Shown: positions 6,293-8,647 of the stretch, piece after piece
Position numbering within the stretch: position 1 is the first letter of the stretch
How the letters are laid out: the number at the start of each line of letters is the position of its first letter
Assembly (NCBI GenBank): GCA_048886185.1
Contig: JBHLKY010000011.1
Coordinates: 164,862-173,508, forward strand
DNA: 8,647 nucleotides
Origin: Candidatus Hermodarchaeota archaeon
GTDB taxonomy: Archaea; Asgardarchaeota; Heimdallarchaeia; Hodarchaeales; Hodarchaeaceae
Direction of reading: 5' to 3'
The notes under the pieces: model-generated
What the model saw: only the letters and a program-made list of their open reading frames with translations
Databases searched by the model: none
What the model was told of the DNA's origin: nothing
Program-made: the position numbers and the translations under genes

Positions 6293-8371
6293 TTGGAAAG
6301 GTTTTCCTCGAGAGAAATTAACATTCTACTTGTCTGTTTGATTCTTTTTGGGAAGCTAATAATCCTATCACTTCCCGAAAATCCTTGTGAAAACATTGAA
6401 CTAGTAGATCACCCAAGAAAGAAGCTCTATCAGAGATTATTTATGACTCAATATATAAATTATATTCCCATATCCATCGATGGAAACGACCATTTTGAGA
6501 GTCAAGCTGGAGCAAAAGGGTGGACAGGAGCAGGAACTAGCACAAACCCATATATTATAAGAAATTTAATGATCAATGGGGATTATTTCGATTATTTCTA
6601 TCTAATTGCTATTCAGAATGTGGATCTATACTTTATCATTGCTGATTGTATGTTATTGAACAGCTTTCAGAGTGGGATTCATTTTAATAATGTCTCTCAT
6701 GGGCGAATAGAAAATAATACCATTCATCATAATCATCACAACGGGATTTTCCTAGAGGATTCCTATAATAATACTCTGGTGAACAATACCCTTTACAATA
6801 ACGAGTGGGACGGAATATACTTAGAGGATTCCTTCAATAACACTCTGAGGAATAATACATTAAACAGTAATACCTTTTACGGAATACACCTGAATTTCTC
6901 TCCCAATAATACACTAACTAATAATACTTTTGTGGCTGATGGCCTTTGCATTTATGGTTATACAGTTGAAGAATGTCTCCAAGGACCAATTGCTGACAAC
7001 ACCGTTAATAGCCGACCCCTCATTTTTCGACAAAGTGTCTTCGAAGAAATTATTCCTATGGGAGCAGGACAGGTGGTGCTGGTTAATGTGAGTGCGAGTA
7101 TTGTCCACGGCCAACAGATATCTAATACTTCACATGGTATATTAACAGAATTTAGTCATTTCTTAACCTTTTACAACAACACTCTCATTAATAACCATCG
7201 TCCTGGAATAGCCTTATCACATTCAAATTCTAACACTCTTATCAATAATTCCCTTAACAATAACCTGCATGGAATATACTTGGGTTTTGCAAATAATAAC
7301 ACTATTACTAATAATTCACTTAGAAACAACATAGACAGCGGAATAAGCTTGGGAGGTTCATCTGAGAATAACATCATAACCACGAATAATTTTTTTGGAA
7401 ATAGTCCTGAAAGAGACTCTCAAGCTTTTGATTGGTCATCTTATGGCAGAAATAGCTTTAGAAACAACTATTTTAATGACTGGACAAGCCCTGATAATGA
7501 TGGAGATGGAGTCGTGGACGTTCCATATAATATACCTGGTCTCGAAAGCAATGAGGATCCCTACCCAATTATTACCCCTTATAATTTCATGAATCATTTC
7601 GTCACCATCCCAATTGGATATGGAAACTTTCCTAATGGAGGTGAAACACTCAGTGGGACAATTCAGATCCAGTGGGCAAAAGTATTGGATTCATCGGGCC
7701 ATCCAATTACCTATACTGTCTCGTATTCGACCAACAGTGGAACCACTTGGGATATATTAGCAACTGGTTTGTCGGTCACCTTGTATGACTGGGATACCAC
7801 TACTTTAGCAGATGGGGCCAACTATCTCATCCAAGTAAATGCTAGTTGCATAGAAGGAACATGGTCTGTTTTTAGGTCTGTAAATATTTTTACCATTGAT
7901 AATCACCACCACATACAGCTGTTCACCCTACATTCCCCAAATGGGGGAGAAGTTTATACTGGGCCGATCTTCATTTATTGGACTGGAGGAAAAGACGTTT
8001 TCAACCATGTAGTGACTTACACGGTCTCATATTCAGCTGATAGTGGTAGCTCTTGGGTTGAGCTCGCAACAGGCCTCTCATTTACCTCATATGTCTGGGA
8101 TAGCACCATGGTAGCGGACGGGAACCAGTATCTCATACGTATCAACGCTAGCTGTAGTGAGGGTTCCTGGTACGCAGTCACTTCTGATAGTGCATTTTCA
8201 ATTGATAATGTAGAATCTTCTAGGAGTTCTTCAACATTCCCCTTAATCCCCTCACCGCACTCTGAGATCGCTTTTGACCTCCTCCCCTTAATTCCAGTGA
8301 TTGGATTGAGCAGTATCCTTCTTTTCGTGGTCACTCTCGTGATCATTATCCGACGACAACAAATACAGTAA
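6293..8371 (+). CDS. Secreted, C-terminally anchored right-handed parallel beta-helix (NosD/CASH/PbH1-type) surface protein with two Ig/FN3-like domains
   Basis: TTG start after an in-frame TAG (6287-6289) and GAGGGA. Hydrophobic N-terminus, cap motif PISIDGN...GWTGAGT..NPYII, and eight GIxL...NNT[L/I]xNN coils. These are followed by DNDGDGVVDVPY...NEDPYP, two 102-aa PNGGE domains, an S/T/P linker, a TM and an RRQQIQ tail. Not called nosD: only the fold matches and there is no nos-operon context. Confidence 0.92.
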   Translation: MERFSSREINILLVCLILFGKLIILSLPENPCENIELVDHPRKKLYQRLFMTQYINYIPISIDGNDHFESQAGAKGWTGAGTSTNPYIIRNLMINGDYFDYFYLIAIQNVDLYFIIADCMLLNSFQSGIHFNNVSHGRIENNTIHHNHHNGIFLEDSYNNTLVNNTLYNNEWDGIYLEDSFNNTLRNNTLNSNTFYGIHLNFSPNNTLTNNTFVADGLCIYGYTVEECLQGPIADNTVNSRPLIFRQSVFEEIIPMGAGQVVLVNVSASIVHGQQISNTSHGILTEFSHFLTFYNNTLINNHRPGIALSHSNSNTLINNSLNNNLHGIYLGFANNNTITNNSLRNNIDSGISLGGSSENNIITTNNFFGNSPERDSQAFDWSSYGRNSFRNNYFNDWTSPDNDGDGVVDVPYNIPGLESNEDPYPIITPYNFMNHFVTIPIGYGNFPNGGETLSGTIQIQWAKVLDSSGHPITYTVSYSTNSGTTWDILATGLSVTLYDWDTTTLADGANYLIQVNASCIEGTWSVFRSVNIFTIDNHHHIQLFTLHSPNGGEVYTGPIFIYWTGGKDVFNHVVTYTVSYSADSGSSWVELATGLSFTSYVWDSTMVADGNQYLIRINASCSEGSWYAVTSDSAFSIDNVESSRSSSTFPLIPSPHSEIAFDLLPLIPVIGLSSILLFVVTLVIIIRRQQIQ
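6674..6935 (+). repeat. Tandem 69-nt (23-aa) beta-helix coil repeats
   Basis: Gly codons at 6674, 6743, 6812 and 6881. TAGAGGATTCCT is identical at 6753-6764 and 6822-6833 (GIFLEDSYNNTL / GIYLEDSFNNTL). Confidence 0.85.
7631..8209 (+). repeat. Two tandem Ig/FN3-like domains, 306-nt period
   Basis: PNGGE at 7631 and 7937, NASC at 7838 and 8144, and ATTGATAAT (IDN) at 7895 and 8201 are all offset by 306 nt. A third homologue lies at 1-264. Confidence 0.9.
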
Positions 8372-8448
8372 TTCAATATAATAAGATTGAATGGCTATAT
8401 TCAGTTCAAAAACTGTACCAGAAAGGTTAAAAGGAGGCTGTATGGAAC

Positions 8449-8483
8449 CCTCAATGGGTACCGAGTCATAGGTACCTTTGAGG
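8449..8483. terminator. Imperfect inverted repeat/hairpin downstream of 6293-8371
   Basis: CCTCAA-TG-GGTACC-(GAGTCATA)-GGTACC-T-TTGAGG gives 12 paired positions with a small internal loop, starting 78 nt after the stop. There is no following oligo-T, so the function is unclear. Confidence 0.3.
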
Positions 8484-8647
8484 TGCATTTAATTCAGCAA
8501 AAGAGATAATCGAGAAAATAAGGAAAGAACACAAGGAAAGATAGAAAGAATTCCACGATTACCATGGATCAATGGTCTTAAGAAACCAGAGATAGACTTT
8601 ACCATCCCAAGGATCGAACTACCATATGAAGCTCCCCATAAATATCT

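Noticed and set aside
6293-8371. Assigning nosD or a pectate-lyase function
   Set aside because: Only the generic PbH1 beta-helix fold is shared; there are no nos genes nearby and no catalytic residues could be identified.
1500-8488. Short track ORFs 1500-1709(-), 3115-3357(-), 3898-4170(-), 5889-6092(+), 6178-6396(-), 6914-7114(-), 7171-7383(-), 7395-7592(+), 8017-8376(-), 8288-8488(-)
   Set aside because: All overlap longer, well-supported genes on the opposite strand or in another frame and have no recognisable motifs; treated as shadow ORFs.
1-8647. CRISPR array, tRNA/rRNA, IS element or integrase
   Set aside because: No regularly spaced 25-45 bp repeats, cloverleaf/T-loop motifs, terminal inverted repeats or transposase/recombinase motifs were seen; all periodic repeats are protein-coding.

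Overview
AT-rich (roughly mid-30s % GC by eye), loosely packed accessory locus encoding cell-surface and membrane proteins; no housekeeping gene, RNA gene, transposase or CRISPR array is visible. Three + strand genes share a Ser/Thr/Pro linker + single TM + basic/Gln C-terminal tail. They are a 5'-truncated Ig/FN3-like domain gene (1-417), a 7-repeat LVIVD beta-propeller protein (858-2753) and a NosD/PbH1 beta-helix protein with two Ig/FN3-like domains (6293-8371). A fourth copy of the same anchor, missed by the ORF track, lies in the 675-842 spacer as a passenger-less pseudogene with two in-frame TAA stops. Between these genes are two uncharacterised membrane proteins (2-TM, 3161-4150 +; 7-8 TM, 4448-6142 -). 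Domain types, abundant N-x-S/T sequons and TATA-like boxes suggest an archaeon, plausibly Asgard/Heimdallarchaeia; this is inference, as no marker gene is present. The most interesting signal is a non-PGF, lineage-specific C-terminal anchor ('IQxxGxxxILxF...IIIRRxQxG') shared by unrelated passenger domains, with signs of gene birth and death at the locus.
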